Under the pieces are notes generated by a model. It saw nothing but the letters and a program-made list of their open reading frames with translations, ran no database searches and was not told the DNA's origin. A program made the translations under genes and the position numbers. Shown piece by piece: positions 50,464-63,900 of a stretch of DNA of 64,000 bases. The stretch's first letter is position 1; every line of letters starts with the position of its first letter. The stretch is from NCBI GenBank assembly GCA_964252035.1, contig OZ176203.1; one strand, 5' to 3'. The DNA comes from Podarcis erhardii. Its lineage: Eukaryota.

Positions 50464-50587
50464 AAAGTACTGGATGAATGCCAGGATCTGAGAGCCTGCC
50501 AACTCCTTGTCAATAGTCGGGTTTTTGGACCTGATCTATGTCCAGGAATCACTAAATACCTTCTAGTCTCCTTTAAATGCAAACCTA
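50464..50587 (+). CDS. EVA1C: EVA1C coding exon 3 (SUEL domain 1, C-half)
   Basis: ttttag|AAAGTA...CCTA|gtaagt; 124 nt, phase 0-1; KVLDECQDLRACQLLVNSRVFGPDLCPGITKYLLVSFKCKP. Confidence 0.97.
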
Positions 50588-53500
50588 GTAAGTAATTTGT
50601 AGAACAGGCAAGTGTCATTTTTGTACTTGTTTTGCTTTTTGTTTTGACTGCAGTGCTGGCACAGACATCTTTGCATGAATCTATGCGAAGCTCTGAAGTG
50701 GATTCACCCAGTCCTTGTACCAAAGTTTGTGGGTTTTGATAAGCATGTTATTCACCACTTTTCATAAAAGTTTATGTGTATGTGCAAGTGAGTTACATCT
50801 GGCAATGTGCACAGAGGTCCTACAGAACCAAAACACTACCCTGCAGCTATTTTTCAGAAGTGACATAGTATCCCTATCAGCATTGTCAGAGAATGTATGG
50901 AAATGACGCTTCACACATGCACATCCATCATAAAAGAGCATAACCCATCTAGGGAATAAAATTTGCTGTACATATTAGTTTCTGCTGTAGATTGTTGGGG
51001 GTCTTAAAAATAATTCATTACAAGATGGGACATCAATCATTAAGGTGAATGGGGATAAGTGCAGGTGCCTTTCTAGAAAGGTGGAAACTTCACAGTGCAA
51101 TCTATGCATGTCTACAGAAGTAAGCCCCATTTATTATAGGATAGAGACTAGTGTGCCTATATATTTTATTTATTTCTCATTATTTCTATTTTGTTTTTTT
51201 TACCAGTGTAATCAAAATGGCTTGTTAATATAAAAGAGCAATAAGATACTAACTGCCGCCCCCCTGCAGATCTCAAACCATAGGTTGGCAGGTATGTGGG
51301 AGTTGAGTTTTTTAGGGCTTTGTACAAGAGTACCAAATCTTGAATTGGGCCCAGTAATACACAGGCAGCCGGGACTGATGATTTGTTTTCCCATCTTACT
51401 GTCCCATTTAACAACCTGGAAGCAGAATTCTGCACCAGATATATGATCTAATCTTCAAGGTTAGCTCCATGTAGAGTGTATTGCAGTAGTCTAATCATTA
51501 CTTGCGGTAGTCTTTGGTGCAGAAAATTCAAATAACAAACTTTGGGAGCCCAATATAGAAAAAAGTTCATTCCATTAAGGGCAATGTGACTTAATTTCTA
51601 CTTCATGAAGATAGTAATGGCTGGCTTTCTTTCACTAGATTCTGTCACTGTTTTTTAAAAAACAGCAACACAGAAAACCTAAATGCCAGTGTATTTTATT
51701 TAGCAGACTTCTGTCTTTTGAATGACCTGAAGAAAGTGTTTTGGTGAGTGACTAATACGGTCAAGCTAATGCTATGAATTTAATCAGGTTGCACTGCATT
51801 TGATTTAGATACAGCTAGATTTGCAAGCCAACTGGCTGCACATTTCTCAGAAGTTAGTCCTACCGAGTTCAGTGGGATGTACTCACAACACAAATAAGTG
51901 TGCATAGGGTTTTAGACCTAACAACATTCATTTTGTTGGTCAAAGCCTTACATTTCAGAGTTGGCCTCATTGGAAACCTAGCTGGTAGTAGCCGGTACTT
52001 GTGAGTGGGATAGGGATACATATTGTGAAAGTGGGAAGTCACATCCTCATGCATACCCTGCAGTACAAATGGTGATTGCAGTGGATGCTTTGCATCCAGA
52101 GATACCGGTACATCACAGAATATGCAGATGCATATTCTCCATATTCACTCTCTGTGTGGTTCCCAGTTCAGGAAGGGATTCTGTGTATAGATATACGGTT
52201 CTCCTTGGAGATTTCTCTTGCTGGATCAGTGTGTAGATATCAGTCTTCACCTAATCAAAGCTGGTTGTGACAAAGCCCCAGTAAAACTAACAAAACAAAT
52301 ATGACTAATATGAGTCCCCTTGCTCTTGATGGAGCTTAGTTTTTCTGTGCTTATAAATAGACCGGGGTAGGGGGGACGCGCTTCTTCAATCATTTGCTTA
52401 ATTTCACTTATTCACTTTAAATCCAAGTAGTTATTGTTATTTTTGAGAATAATCTCTTGTTATCTTATATTGCATTAGCCTCATTCTTTTATGTTACCCT
52501 TTAGGACCAGAAAACATGTGGATTGTTTGTCTGCTGGGCAGCATATGTAGGGTTCAGGTTGCACAAATAATAGGCAGCCGTGAGGGAAATGCCAAGGACT
52601 TTTGAATGACGTTGTTTCCTGCTGTTGATAAAATGTACTTAAAGTTTTTCACAAATAAACAAAGCCCTTTAGACTGTTACATTTCACATTAAATAACTGA
52701 TTTTTACATCTCTGGAAAACGATTCCTAAAAACATTGACTTGAAACTAAATCCCTTTGGTTTCCATAGAATTTGCTTCCAGGTGGATGTGTTTGGGATAG
52801 TGTCTTTTCACCAGTTTCATTACTTATCACCTATATCCTCACTGTGATATGGCCAAAGGTTAAACTCCATATCTGCCTCCATACTCATAGCTCTTCCAGA
52901 TGAACAAATTCCCTGGCAAGATTACCACTGCAGGGGGAAGTTTTTTTGTGCAGGAAGAAAGCAGAGTTGTCCTCCAAAAGGACATTGAGTCTACTACACC
53001 AACCCCTCCCCATCTTTACTCTTAGCTGCTCCATACAAGAACTTTCGAAGAGCAGGGATCATCAGATGAGGAGGCAGAAAGGGAGAAGGGCCATCCAAAT
53101 CCTATAATTTGAGAGTGTCTCTTACAAAACCTTGTCTTGTCCCAATAAGATTCTTCCCCCACCCCCAGCCTCTCAAAAGTAGATTGATTTCTAAATGAGG
53201 GCCAAAAGAATTATCTCCATAAGGAGATTAGCCATAAAGCTGCTATGTTCAGGTGTTATTTAATCCTGGATACCTCTAAGATTTAGGCACAATGAACATT
53301 ATTTAGGGAGCCTGGCTATATTATTAGAATTCAGTTCTATCCCAAGTGCATTTTCTGACATTCCTTTGAACTACCCTTACCTTTATTATTAAGACATAAA
53401 ATTTATCTAACTAAATATTTAAGTTAGATTCAGGATAATATATGTTAAGAATGTAAGAAGAGCCTTGCTGGAGCAGACAGGTTGTCTATCTTGTCTAGCA

Positions 53501-53769
53501 CCCTGTTTCCAACCATGGACAGATAGATGCCCCTGAGAAGCCTAAAAGCAGGACATAAAGACAACAGTCTCCCCACATCTTATATCACCAGCACCACTCA
53601 TAGATTTCTCTTCTCCAACCTGGTGTCCTTGAGATGTTTAGGATTGCAACTCCCATCAGCCACAACTGCAATACCTCAAGGATCACCCCTCCCCATATAA
53701 ACTGATTTGGCCCTGTGATCATCATCTGAGCCCCTTTTTTGTGTGCCTTGTCCACAAGAGGTCTGGAGA

Positions 53770-54085
53770 GTGGCAACATGAGAAGAGGCCTTTTCTGTGG
53801 TTGCTCCTCATCTGTAGAATGTTCTCCTCAGGGAGGCTTGCCTGGCGCCTTCATTACACATATTTAGGTGGCAGGTGAAAACATTTATCCTTAACCAGGC
53901 CTTTTGGCGATTAACATTCTATGTCCTTTTAAATGTGTTTGTAAGAAGGGGGTTAGTGGTTTGTTCTTGTACTTGTTTTTATTATATGTTTTGTGTTCTA
54001 ATTTTGTATTTCTATGTTGTGAACTGCCCTGCGATCTTCAGATGAAGGGCGGTATATAAAATTAGTGAATATTATTATTATTACT
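53770..54085 (+). mobile_element. Older L2 3' fragment
   Basis: AGAGGCCTTTTCTGTGGTTGCTCC (RAFSV.AP) block and GAAGGGCGGTATATAAAT..(TTA)n end. Confidence 0.7.
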
Positions 54086-55379
54086 ATCCGGCTGGCAACT
54101 GTAGCCCAAAACATCTGGAGGGCACAAGGAGAAGGAAGGCTGGTCATCTCCTTTTCTGCATAGTTTTATATGCATTTTTGGCAAAGCTGCACATTTTTGT
54201 AAGCAATTTTTTCCAAGATAATGTGTTTTTCTATGTTGCTTTCACAAATAAATTCATTTTTATACACACTTTCCCCTAATATATGCGGTTTTGTGAATGT
54301 CATTTGGAAAACCGAATGACAAAACTTGGATAAGTGCTCATTTTGAAGGATGCCTGTGTTTCGGTACTCGTTGTTTTGGAAAGTGTGGGCTTGATCAATT
54401 CTGCTTTAAATGCAAAGAATAGACTGTGTTCCCCATCCCTAACCATAAGAACTTCATCTCAAAGGTGGCTATACAGATATATCTGGAAATGAACTCCATT
54501 GGTGGGGGAAATGAAGTTTACTTCTGAGTAGACATGTATAGGATTGCACTGTAAATTTCTTAAGCAAGTCATGTTCTTTAGCTTCAGAGGCCATAAATAA
54601 ATAAATAAATAAATAAATGGTTTGACAAACTGTTGAGGCACCTATGGCTGAGGTGGTCAGCTCTGCCCAATTTGCTAGTTTGTTTGGTTGTTTATGTCAG
54701 GGGTAAGGAACCTTTGCCTCCCCAGATGTTGTTGGACTCCAGCTGAGATCAGCCTTCAGCCAGGCTGGACAGTAGTCAGTGATGATAGGAGTTGGGCTTG
54801 AACAACATTTGAAGGGCCACAGGTCCCCTATCCCTAGCTTCTGTTTTTATTCTCCCACACTGGAGGTAGGATTCCCGCCCCCCCCCCCCAAGCCAGCTTA
54901 CAAAAATGCAACAAAAATAACAAAATATAAAACAATAAAAGTATAAAAGTAGCCACACAAAACACAGAAATCAAATGCATAACACAATGGACAATAGCGT
55001 CGTAGTAAACAACAAAGAATTCTAGCAGCATTTGACAGCCATGGCATCCAGTTACGTTTTGTGGGGTGGGGCAGGTTTTCACTGCATGCTCAAAGTAAGC
55101 ACTGACTGAGCTTGGCTGGGTTCTTTTGGGAGGTTATGCCATAATCACCACCTTTCAACTAAAAAGGCTTTTTGTGGATCCACCTCAGGTCAAATGACTT
55201 AGGAAGTATGTGAGCATATTAAACAAGTAAATTGAGATATTATGGGGAGTGGGCAGCAGGGAACATCACAAAAAGATTGCACTTTCAGCAGTGATCGTAG
55301 GTTGTTTTTGTAAATGGACCAGACTAACAACCAGACTAACTCCCCACCAATAAGCAGTGTTTTTCTCTTTCCTTTGCAG

Positions 55380-55532
55380 CTGAATATAAAACCAGATTAG
55401 TGTGTGAGAATGAAGAACTGAAACTCCACTGTAAAGAGCCGAAATTCCTTAACATCTATTCTGCCTCATATGGCAGGGCTGCACACAAGGAGAACACCTG
55501 TGCTACAGAAACGGGCCACTTCCCTCAGTTTG
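55380..55532 (+). CDS. EVA1C: EVA1C coding exon 4 (SUEL domain 2, N-half)
   Basis: ttgcag|CTGAAT...TTTG|gtaggt; 153 nt, phase 1-1; EYKTRLVCENEELKLHCKEPKFLNIYSASYGRAAHKENTCATETGHFPQF. Confidence 0.96.
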
Positions 55533-55697
55533 GTAGGTTGACAAAAGAGTATCTGTGTTAGGTCAGATTCACTGGCAATGACCACTGGCATCCCCCAACC
55601 TGATGGCCTCCGTATATTTTGGACTACACTCCCACCAGTCCAGCAAAGCTGACTGGAGTTGCATTCTAAAACATCTGGATGGGGAAGGTTGGAGTAA

Positions 55698-56036
55698 TGG
55701 GTTAAACCACAGAGCCTAGGACTTGCCGATCAGAAGGTCGGTGGTTCGAATCCCTGCGACGGGGTGAGCTCCTGTTGCTCGTCCCGACTCCTGCCAACCT
55801 AGCAGTTCAAAAGCACGTCAAAGTGCAAGTAGATAAATAGGTACCACTCTGGCAGGAAGGTAAACGGTGTTTCCGCACACTGCTCTGGTTCGCCAGAAGC
55901 GGCTTAGTCATGCTGGCCACATGACCCGGAAGCTGTACACCGGCTCCCTTGGCCAATAAAACGAGATGAGCGCTGCAACCCCAGAGTCAGCCACGACTGG
56001 ACCTAATGGTCAGGGGTCCTTTACATTTACCTTTAC
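55698..56036 (+). mobile_element. Sauria SINE, slightly 5'-truncated
   Basis: GGGTTAAACCACAGAGCCTAGG...GGTTCGAATCC...GGACCTAATGGTCAGGGGTCCTTTAC.TTTACCTTTA. Confidence 0.92.
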
Positions 56037-56961
56037 AGCTAAGCTGTATGAATGTATGCTTGCGAACACAATTGCCCTGATTTTTGGACAGGAACTATAG
56101 ACATGGAAAATAATTATTTTAAAGGCAACCTAGCTAAAGTTCTAACATTTTGTTTAGCATGCCAGGGCACTGTCTTGGAAAACTATGGTAAAAAAAATGC
56201 AGGATTCAGTTCTTAGTTAATATTTAACTGTTTAACAGGATTCAGGATTTCAGCCAGAGTGCTGCTTGTTTATGCCTTAGTTCCAAGTATGCGGCATGGA
56301 TGCATTTAGTCCTATTTTCAGCATATTACAAGACCAAAATATACACACAGCTTGTTCAGAACCATCTGGGTTTTGATGACAACAAAAACCCATGTGGGAA
56401 TTACTGATGACATAGGCCTAGTTCCCAGGGCCAAATCAGGCCACAGAGGCCCCCTGATCAGATTTCCTGCTGTCTCTTTACATTTTGGAAAAAGCTTGAA
56501 GGTTATGTCTGCATGCAGAAAGTTGTTCTGTGAAGCATCCCCATGTTCCTGCTTTTGCCTAATATAGAGGTTGAGAAGGAACCCCTTATTTTTTCTCCCC
56601 TCTTTTAGAAAATGGCTGGCTGTCAGAGGAATTTGTGGCAGAGATACATAAGGCCTGAAGTTGTGTTAAAGGAAGTCTGTGCCCATGTGGTATTAGTAAT
56701 AACAATGATCAATTCATTTTCAAACAGGAGAAGCGGGATGAAATGATGAGATCCAAAAAAGAATGTGTATGAAAGGAACGCAAGCTTTTTTCTTGAGGGT
56801 ACAATGACGTCACAAAAACATAAGGGAATTATTCTCCAGATATCTGGGGCGGTTGCTCAAGGAGATCCTGCTGCCTGAACATTATTTTGACAAAATATGC
56901 CATGTGTAATATTTATAAGTAGGTCCCTCATGCATCTGCTTACACAGCAAAACTTTAACTA

Positions 56962-57185
56962 CAGTTGTACCTTGGTTTTCAAATTTAATCCGTTCCAGGA
57001 GGCCGTTCGACTCCTGGAACAGTTCGAAAACCAAGGTGCTGCATCCTGCAGCCAATCAGAAGCTGCACCAGACGTTCGACTTCCAAAAATTGTTCAAAAA
57101 CCAGAACATCACTTCTGGATTTCGATCGTTTGGGAGCTGAAATGTTCAAGTTCAAAGGCATTCTTCGGCTTCCGAGGTTCCACTG
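56962..57185. mobile_element. Tc1/mariner-type MITE related to 15932-16172
   Basis: TA-CAGTTGTACCTTGG ... CCGAGGTTCCACTG-TA; internal CTGCAGCCAATCAGAAGCTGC is the reverse complement of a block in the other copy. Confidence 0.8.
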
Positions 57186-59774
57186 TACTTGAGTGAAGCC
57201 GAGATGAACATGAACGTTTGTATGTTACTTTCACCATATTTGCTTGCTATAGGCTCAGCTGCACCAGCTCATGCACCAAGTGGACAGCTACATCTGTCTA
57301 TCAAGGTTTCCGTTTCCTTTTGCTGCCCCAGCCTAGCATTTGGCTGGATAGCCATCAATATGTGCTCAATGGCAAGGCCGCTCCAGATCTTTCATGGATT
57401 ATTTTCTCTCTATGGACTATAAGGACCATACTTGCCTAGCCCATAAGAAGATTGTAAGGCTCAGTGCATGAAATGAGAACCAGGCATGCTGGCACATGTG
57501 CATATTAACGTATTGCTTATAAAAGTGAAGGGGGAAAATGGAATTCTATGTTAACAGGAAGCAGGGTAATAAAAAATCAAGGCTTGGTTACTTTGACTTC
57601 ATGGTCTACACAAATTACCTCCTCTCTACGCCAAACATTATAGCCTGCCAACTGTTCTAAACTTGGCTTGGCCAAGTTCTTGTCTGTTGTGTTCATCACC
57701 CTGCTTTCAAACCAATCATTTTCCCAATAAGGCACAAGATTTAAAAGACAATTTATTGGCCAGCGAAAATGAAATACGATGCCAAGCTGAGAGAATGGGA
57801 AAAGTTTTAGGTTCCCATATGTTCCCGAAGCTATAAATTGTTCTGGTTAATATTACAAATGCTTGAAGGAAAGGTTATGCAAAAGACAATATAACCTGTG
57901 AAAAGGATCACGTTCGGGGGCCAAACTAGACCCAATGTTAAAAAAGCATGATTGCATTTAACAAGTATTATTTTATCCTTTCAAATGCCTCAAACATTAT
58001 ATCCTACTATTTGAAGTGTTGTTGTTTTTCCATATTTGATTTGCTTCTTAAAGCTCCCAGGTCCCAAGTATGGTGAGCCCACGAATATGCAAGCTTTTAT
58101 TTTTATTTTCTAGGAAATTTCTAGCACCAAGATTTAGTCTTAGAGAAACTTTTTTTAAATGGATCAACAAGCAGCAAGGGAAACAGTTCAAATCACATGA
58201 ATATTGTTTGTTCTGTTTAGTAAACACGACTATTTGGGATGAACTTCTTTTTAATTATATCCTTCTTTCCAGCATCACACAGTTGTCACTGCATGATATG
58301 CAGTGCACACATGTGAATGTGTGGCGTGTCCAATCTTTGCTGTACAGTTGGCTCTGGCTAGTCCATTGAATTGAAAGCCTTTGTGCACTACAGAACAGAA
58401 AGAGAAGTCTACCAGTGTTTGAAATGGGAGAGGCTTTCAGAATCGAAGAGAAGGATTGCCAGTCTCATTAAACTCTACACAATTTATGGCTCCAGCAGCT
58501 CTGAATAATTTGCATGTCAAAACGTGTCTCAAATAAAGCCAATTAGTACCTGAAAAGAACTTTCCTTCAGAAACAACAGACTCCAATCTGTTCAATAGCA
58601 GCTCAAGTCAGAGCTGATATTTTACAGCCATGTTTTGGAAATGCTTTTATGACCTCGTCTTTTCAGTGTCAGATGGATTCATGTCCACTACATAAAAAAA
58701 CACCAGCATTGCTTGGCACCCTTGTGGTTAGTAACCACTGATCACAGAAGCAAGGCAGCAGATTAAAAGAGGTTAGACAATGGACTGTGCTCTCACTCCT
58801 GCAGTGATCACAGAAGTCAATATGTTCCTACCATTATTGTGTGTGTGTGTTGCCATCTCCCTTCATTTTGGCATTGAAATAACGACTCTCTGAAACTTAC
58901 CCTGTGAATTTCTGAGCCCTAATCCTAGTCAAATCACTTTACTTCATAGATTTCCTCAGCCAAATCTACGATCAAAGATAGATATACACTCATATACAAC
59001 ACCGTCGGATCAGACAGGACAGGGGTAGCCAATGTGGTGGCCTTTAGATGCTGCTGACGAAAACTCCCACCATCCCTGGTCAGTGGCCGAACTGGCAGGG
59101 CCTGATGGGAGAACATCTGGAGGCCACCATGTTGACTTCCCCTGAAATAGCAAGATGCAATGCATAAAAAGGACATGTCCTGGTGTGTTTGTAGTCTGCC
59201 TCCCAAATTCTCAGAGCTGCATTAGGGTTGCCCACCTGCACCTGTCCAAACTTGAGGCGTCATTCTCCTGTTCTGGAAGAACTGCTTATCTCAAGAGACT
59301 AAAGAGAAGGAAGTAAGAAGGAGAAGACGGGGGGAAAGTTGGCATTACTCCAGATCTTCCAGTAATTTGGGTTTGTTTTTTGGTTTGCTTGTTCCACGGG
59401 TGTGTGCAGGGGGGTGGGGAGGCAAAATTTGATGCCTCTCCCAGCTCTCACACTGCCTCCCCAAGCTGGCTAAGTGAAGTGCTGGGCTTTGGGAAGGTGT
59501 GAGGCACTGGCAGGGTCCTGGAGCCCTCCCACATCCTTCTGAAATCTGGGAAACTGCTAACTAGGCTTTGGGAAGGAGGAGCGAAGACTCTTGGACCCTG
59601 TCACATTGAGGCAAGCTATTACTGCAGTGAGTAGCTTTCTTGAGTTAGCACTGTGTTTGTAACACCAAGTATATATTTCCAAGCACACTTGTATATAATA
59701 GCTCCTTTCTTTGAACAAGTCATTGGTATCTATATTTGTATGACTGTTTTTTTAAAATTTCTCCCACATTTCAG

Positions 59775-59918
59775 ATTGCTTTTCCTACTCAGCTTTAGCA
59801 GTATTATCTAAGATGTGTTATGGGAAACAGAGGTGCAAAATCTTTGCTAACAACCATAACTTTGGAAGACCATGCCTGCCTGGTGTAAAAAAATATCTCA
59901 ACGTCAGCTATGCATGTG
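59775..59918 (+). CDS. EVA1C: EVA1C coding exon 5 (SUEL domain 2, C-half); later exons not found in window
   Basis: tttcag|ATTGCT...TGTG|gtaaga; 144 nt, phase 1-1; CFSYSALAVLSKMCYGKQRCKIFANNHNFGRPCLPGVKKYLNVSYAC. Confidence 0.97.
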
Positions 59919-60628
59919 GTAAGAAAAATTACATTACAATTTTTTTTACATTATAAAATCTGGATTTTATAATGCCAGATTGAGAAGTCCACATGTATAT
60001 AAAGAGGCATTTGTTTCTAAATCTGGGCTTCAGCTTACACCTGTGATCTGTATCATTCCCATATTTTAACACCAGAGTTGGGTACATTCATACAGTTACA
60101 GATTTATAGTACCTAGTTACTATTAATAAAACCTTGAAAAGAATAAAAGATGAAAATAAATGTATTAGCAAAAATATTGCCCACCCGCAAAATGTTGTTC
60201 AGTGACAATTAGTGTGAATGTATGAGTGTGAGGGTTCCAAGGGGGAAGATTGTAGCTGCAGCACTTCCATCCCATCTTCCTCCTGCTACTCTTCCATGAG
60301 CTAAGGCAAGGCTTGTCTTGCTCCAAGCAAACCACAAGCTGCAAATCACTCTTGGTTATACATCTTGGCTGGTCAGAAGTAAGACATACCATGAACCTGG
60401 TTTCAGATGATACACCAAGTCAAACTATAGCTTAGCTCACAGCAGCGTTTATAATGTTTGAGGTATTTTGTGTTTAAATATTTTATGTTAGCTGCTCAGA
60501 GTGGTTGGGGTAACCTAGTCAGATGGGTGGCTCATCATCAACATCATCATCATCATCATCATCAGTTCAGTCCAAAGTGTTCAATTTGTTGACCAGAGGA
60601 CAATAAGTGTATGTTAAGGGAAAGAGCA

Positions 60629-60979
60629 GGACGCGGGTGGCGCTGTGGGTTAAACCACAGAACCTAGGACTTGCCAATCAGGTTGGTGGTTCGAATCCGC
60701 GTGATGGGGTGAGCTCTCATTGCTCGGTCCCTGCTCCTGCCAACCTAGCAGTTCGAAAGCACGTTAAAGTGCAAGTAGATAAATAGGTACCGCTCTGGCA
60801 GGAAGGTAAACAGCATTTCCGTGCGCTGCTCTGGTTCGCCAGAAGCGGCTTAGTCATGCTGGCCACATGACCCGGAAGCTGTATGCCGGCTCCCTCGGCC
60901 AATAAAGCAAGATGAGCGCTGCGACCCCAGAGTCGGTCACGACTGAACCTAATGGTCAGGGGTCCCTTTACCTTTACTT
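60629..60979 (+). mobile_element. Full-length Sauria SINE with 15-bp TSD
   Basis: TTAAGGGAAAGAGCA at 60614-60628 and 60980-60994 flanks a complete element. Confidence 0.95.
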
Positions 60980-63900
60980 TTAAGGGAAAGAGCATGTATT
61001 CTGCAGTGTATTGATTTTGCAATCACACACACAGAAACTATCAATCACATTTCTCTTTCTCTTTCTCTTTCTCTTTCTCTCACTTGATTAATTTCAAATA
61101 TGTTTCCTGCTATGATCATTTGATGCAGCCTGGAGCATTTGCAAATGATTTGATGCTTTAACTGTTTTCCACATGGCCTAATGGCTTTGGGTAAGGCAGA
61201 GTTTTGGAATGTGTGAGATGCCACACACACCAGTGGGGGCTTGTGTTGACAGACTTCCAGGGAATGAATGCAATAATTACTGTAAGCAAGTCTGTTCATA
61301 GACGTTTCTGATCATAGCATTAAGTTCGCTTTTCCTTTGTTGGTGTCTGCAGATGAAGATTAATGCATAGCAAGTGGCAAGGTCAAGTTCTTTTGTCTCT
61401 AGAGTGAGGAGAGAGAAAATACTGAAAGCACTTTGGACTAAAAAGAGCAACACATTTAAGTATCAGTGCTGTTTATTTTTAGGTTTCTTTTCAGAGTGTT
61501 ATTTATTGTCTAGCAGCCAATTTTCTTCTTCTGTTTTTGAAGCCCTGTTTTAACTTACCCACCTTTATATGTAACTTTTAAAGGGATAAATAGATCCATT
61601 CATCCCATCTTAAGAACTGCAGATTCCAGTGGGTGGGCTGCATCAAAACTGGGTGTGCCGCTCAAATGGACTGTAAAACAGATTATGCAGGGCTGCTGAT
61701 TGGGCCGAGCCACCTGGATCAGCTATGGGGCGGAGGTGGGTAATACAGGCTTCACTATCTACACACACTATAGGCACGATAGATGTCTGCTGAAGGTGTT
61801 GAGTCAAGTATAGTTGACATAAACTCTCAAATGGGAATGGGAGGGAATGTTTTCTTTCTAAATTCCACGACTCATAGCCTTAACCTATGCCAGCAGCTCA
61901 CCTTTTTAATTACTACAGCTTAGAGCATAGGTTCCAGAACTGTGTGTTGCATGAGAGGTGCTGGAATGTGCCCTGAAAACTTAATCCAGCACATTGAATG
62001 CATTGACTGTTCTGTGGCCTGTGGAGCAAGGAGGTCCCATAGTGAAGCTTTGATCCTCCTCCTTTCCACCAAAATATGAACCGTGAGTCACCAAATCCCA
62101 AGGGAGGGGTGCAGCTGATAGGTATGGGTGAATTCTAGCACCGTCCAGAAAACTCTGTCCTCCCAACCTTGAGCCCTGATGGAGTAACTAAAGGGTGGGA
62201 GACAAGAGGCTATATTAACTGGACTGCCCTGAAATTCCAAGGAGAAGACCTGCCTATTGTTTTGGGAGCCGATTAAACATATGTGCAATGTATATGTAAA
62301 ATTTAGACATATCAGTAAAATATTAAATGTACTTCTGGTTTTAGTCCAAAAAGGTGAATCCCACCATATCAAAAGTGTGAAAAACCCTGCTCTAAAGACA
62401 TTGCGCTATTCCACACAATATTCAAAAGCCAAGCCAAAACAAGAGGGGATTTGCAACAGAATGTTGCCGTGTGTAGTGGGGGGCTGCTATTATTGCACAT
62501 GCTGGACTTCCATCGAGCCTGTAATTGCTCTCTTGTGTCTGGGTGGTGCTGTTTTTGTTGCATAAGGAAAGGCACACAGGTAATTGAGTTGACTATTAAT
62601 ATTATAGGATCACTCACACATTTTAAAAGCACTTTAGCAATCATTCAGAAAACTTTGCCCAAGGCATTTTATGTACATTACCACCATTGACAAGTTATGG
62701 TTTCCCCATTTTACTCCCTCCATCTAGTGTGAATGAAGGCACTCTCCACACCTGACTTCCTACCCCAGATGCTAGTCCAGACTGCCCTGCAATAAAACTA
62801 GGACTCAGTTCAATAAAACAACAAAACAACAATTGGAAGTCAAACCAGAATTAGCTTAATTAAATATATTTCAAGACAACAATCTGGATTTACATAATAA
62901 AGAACTAATAAGTCATTTATTACAAGCATTGAAATGCAATATAACCAGAGACTGGAAATACCTTTTGGGCACAACAGACAATTGGTATAGACCAGTTTGA
63001 GAAACTGCCCTCCTTGAAAGATTATCCGATAAACTACTGTTGACACATGGACAGATTAAGAAAGATGGCTTTATACCAGTGTGGATTAATTTCAGAAAAT
63101 GAACAATCCCCCACCAGCATTTTGCTCAATCTGGTTGATCTAAATTTAAATTTAAACATACATTATTATATTCACTTTGAATCCCTCCCCCCATTCATCA
63201 ATATAGCAACACTTTATGTTGCTTCACTGGTAACTTAAGAGGAAAAATGGTCATTACTGATACTTAATCTAAGCAAAACCACAAGGGCTCCTGATTAGGC
63301 ATTTAGCTGCTGTGTGATGTTGACTGTTATCTGTTAACTTTGCTCTATCCTGTTTCCCCCTTTGTTTTTGTTTAAACCAATTAACAAAACAATAACTTAT
63401 ACATTGAACCATATGTTATAGATATTACTGCAAATTTATTATGCTATGTTTGTGATATACAAGTGGCAAGAGAAGACTTGGTCTATTTATTTGTATCATA
63501 TATTATTCCTATGATCCTTGTTTACAGAACCCGATTGAAAATTATTATTATTTTATATATAAAAAAACACCTAGGATGTAATTCTGTTATAATGTAATTT
63601 GTGACTGGATGGCAGTGATAACCTTCAGCTTTATTTGACCATCTCCGACACTCCTTCATTCCTTTCCTCTCCCTTCTGATATTTTTCTTCAGGATTGTAT
63701 GCCAATTTTTCTAATCACTTCATTGCTCTTTTTTGATGAGAAAGCTGCATTTAGTATTACAACCATATACAAGCAAGGAAAATAATTTAGCTTGGAAAAG
63801 AGTGCATGTAACCTAGAGAGTCTGTGTGCATTGTCAAAATGTCAAAACAACTATGATAAAAGATAATGCCTGACTTCCAAGCAGTGTGGAAAAAAATCTG

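Noticed and set aside
56740-56880. ATGATGA...CTGA C/D-box pair
   Set aside because: No terminal stem and no rRNA antisense element recognised; unlikely host gene.
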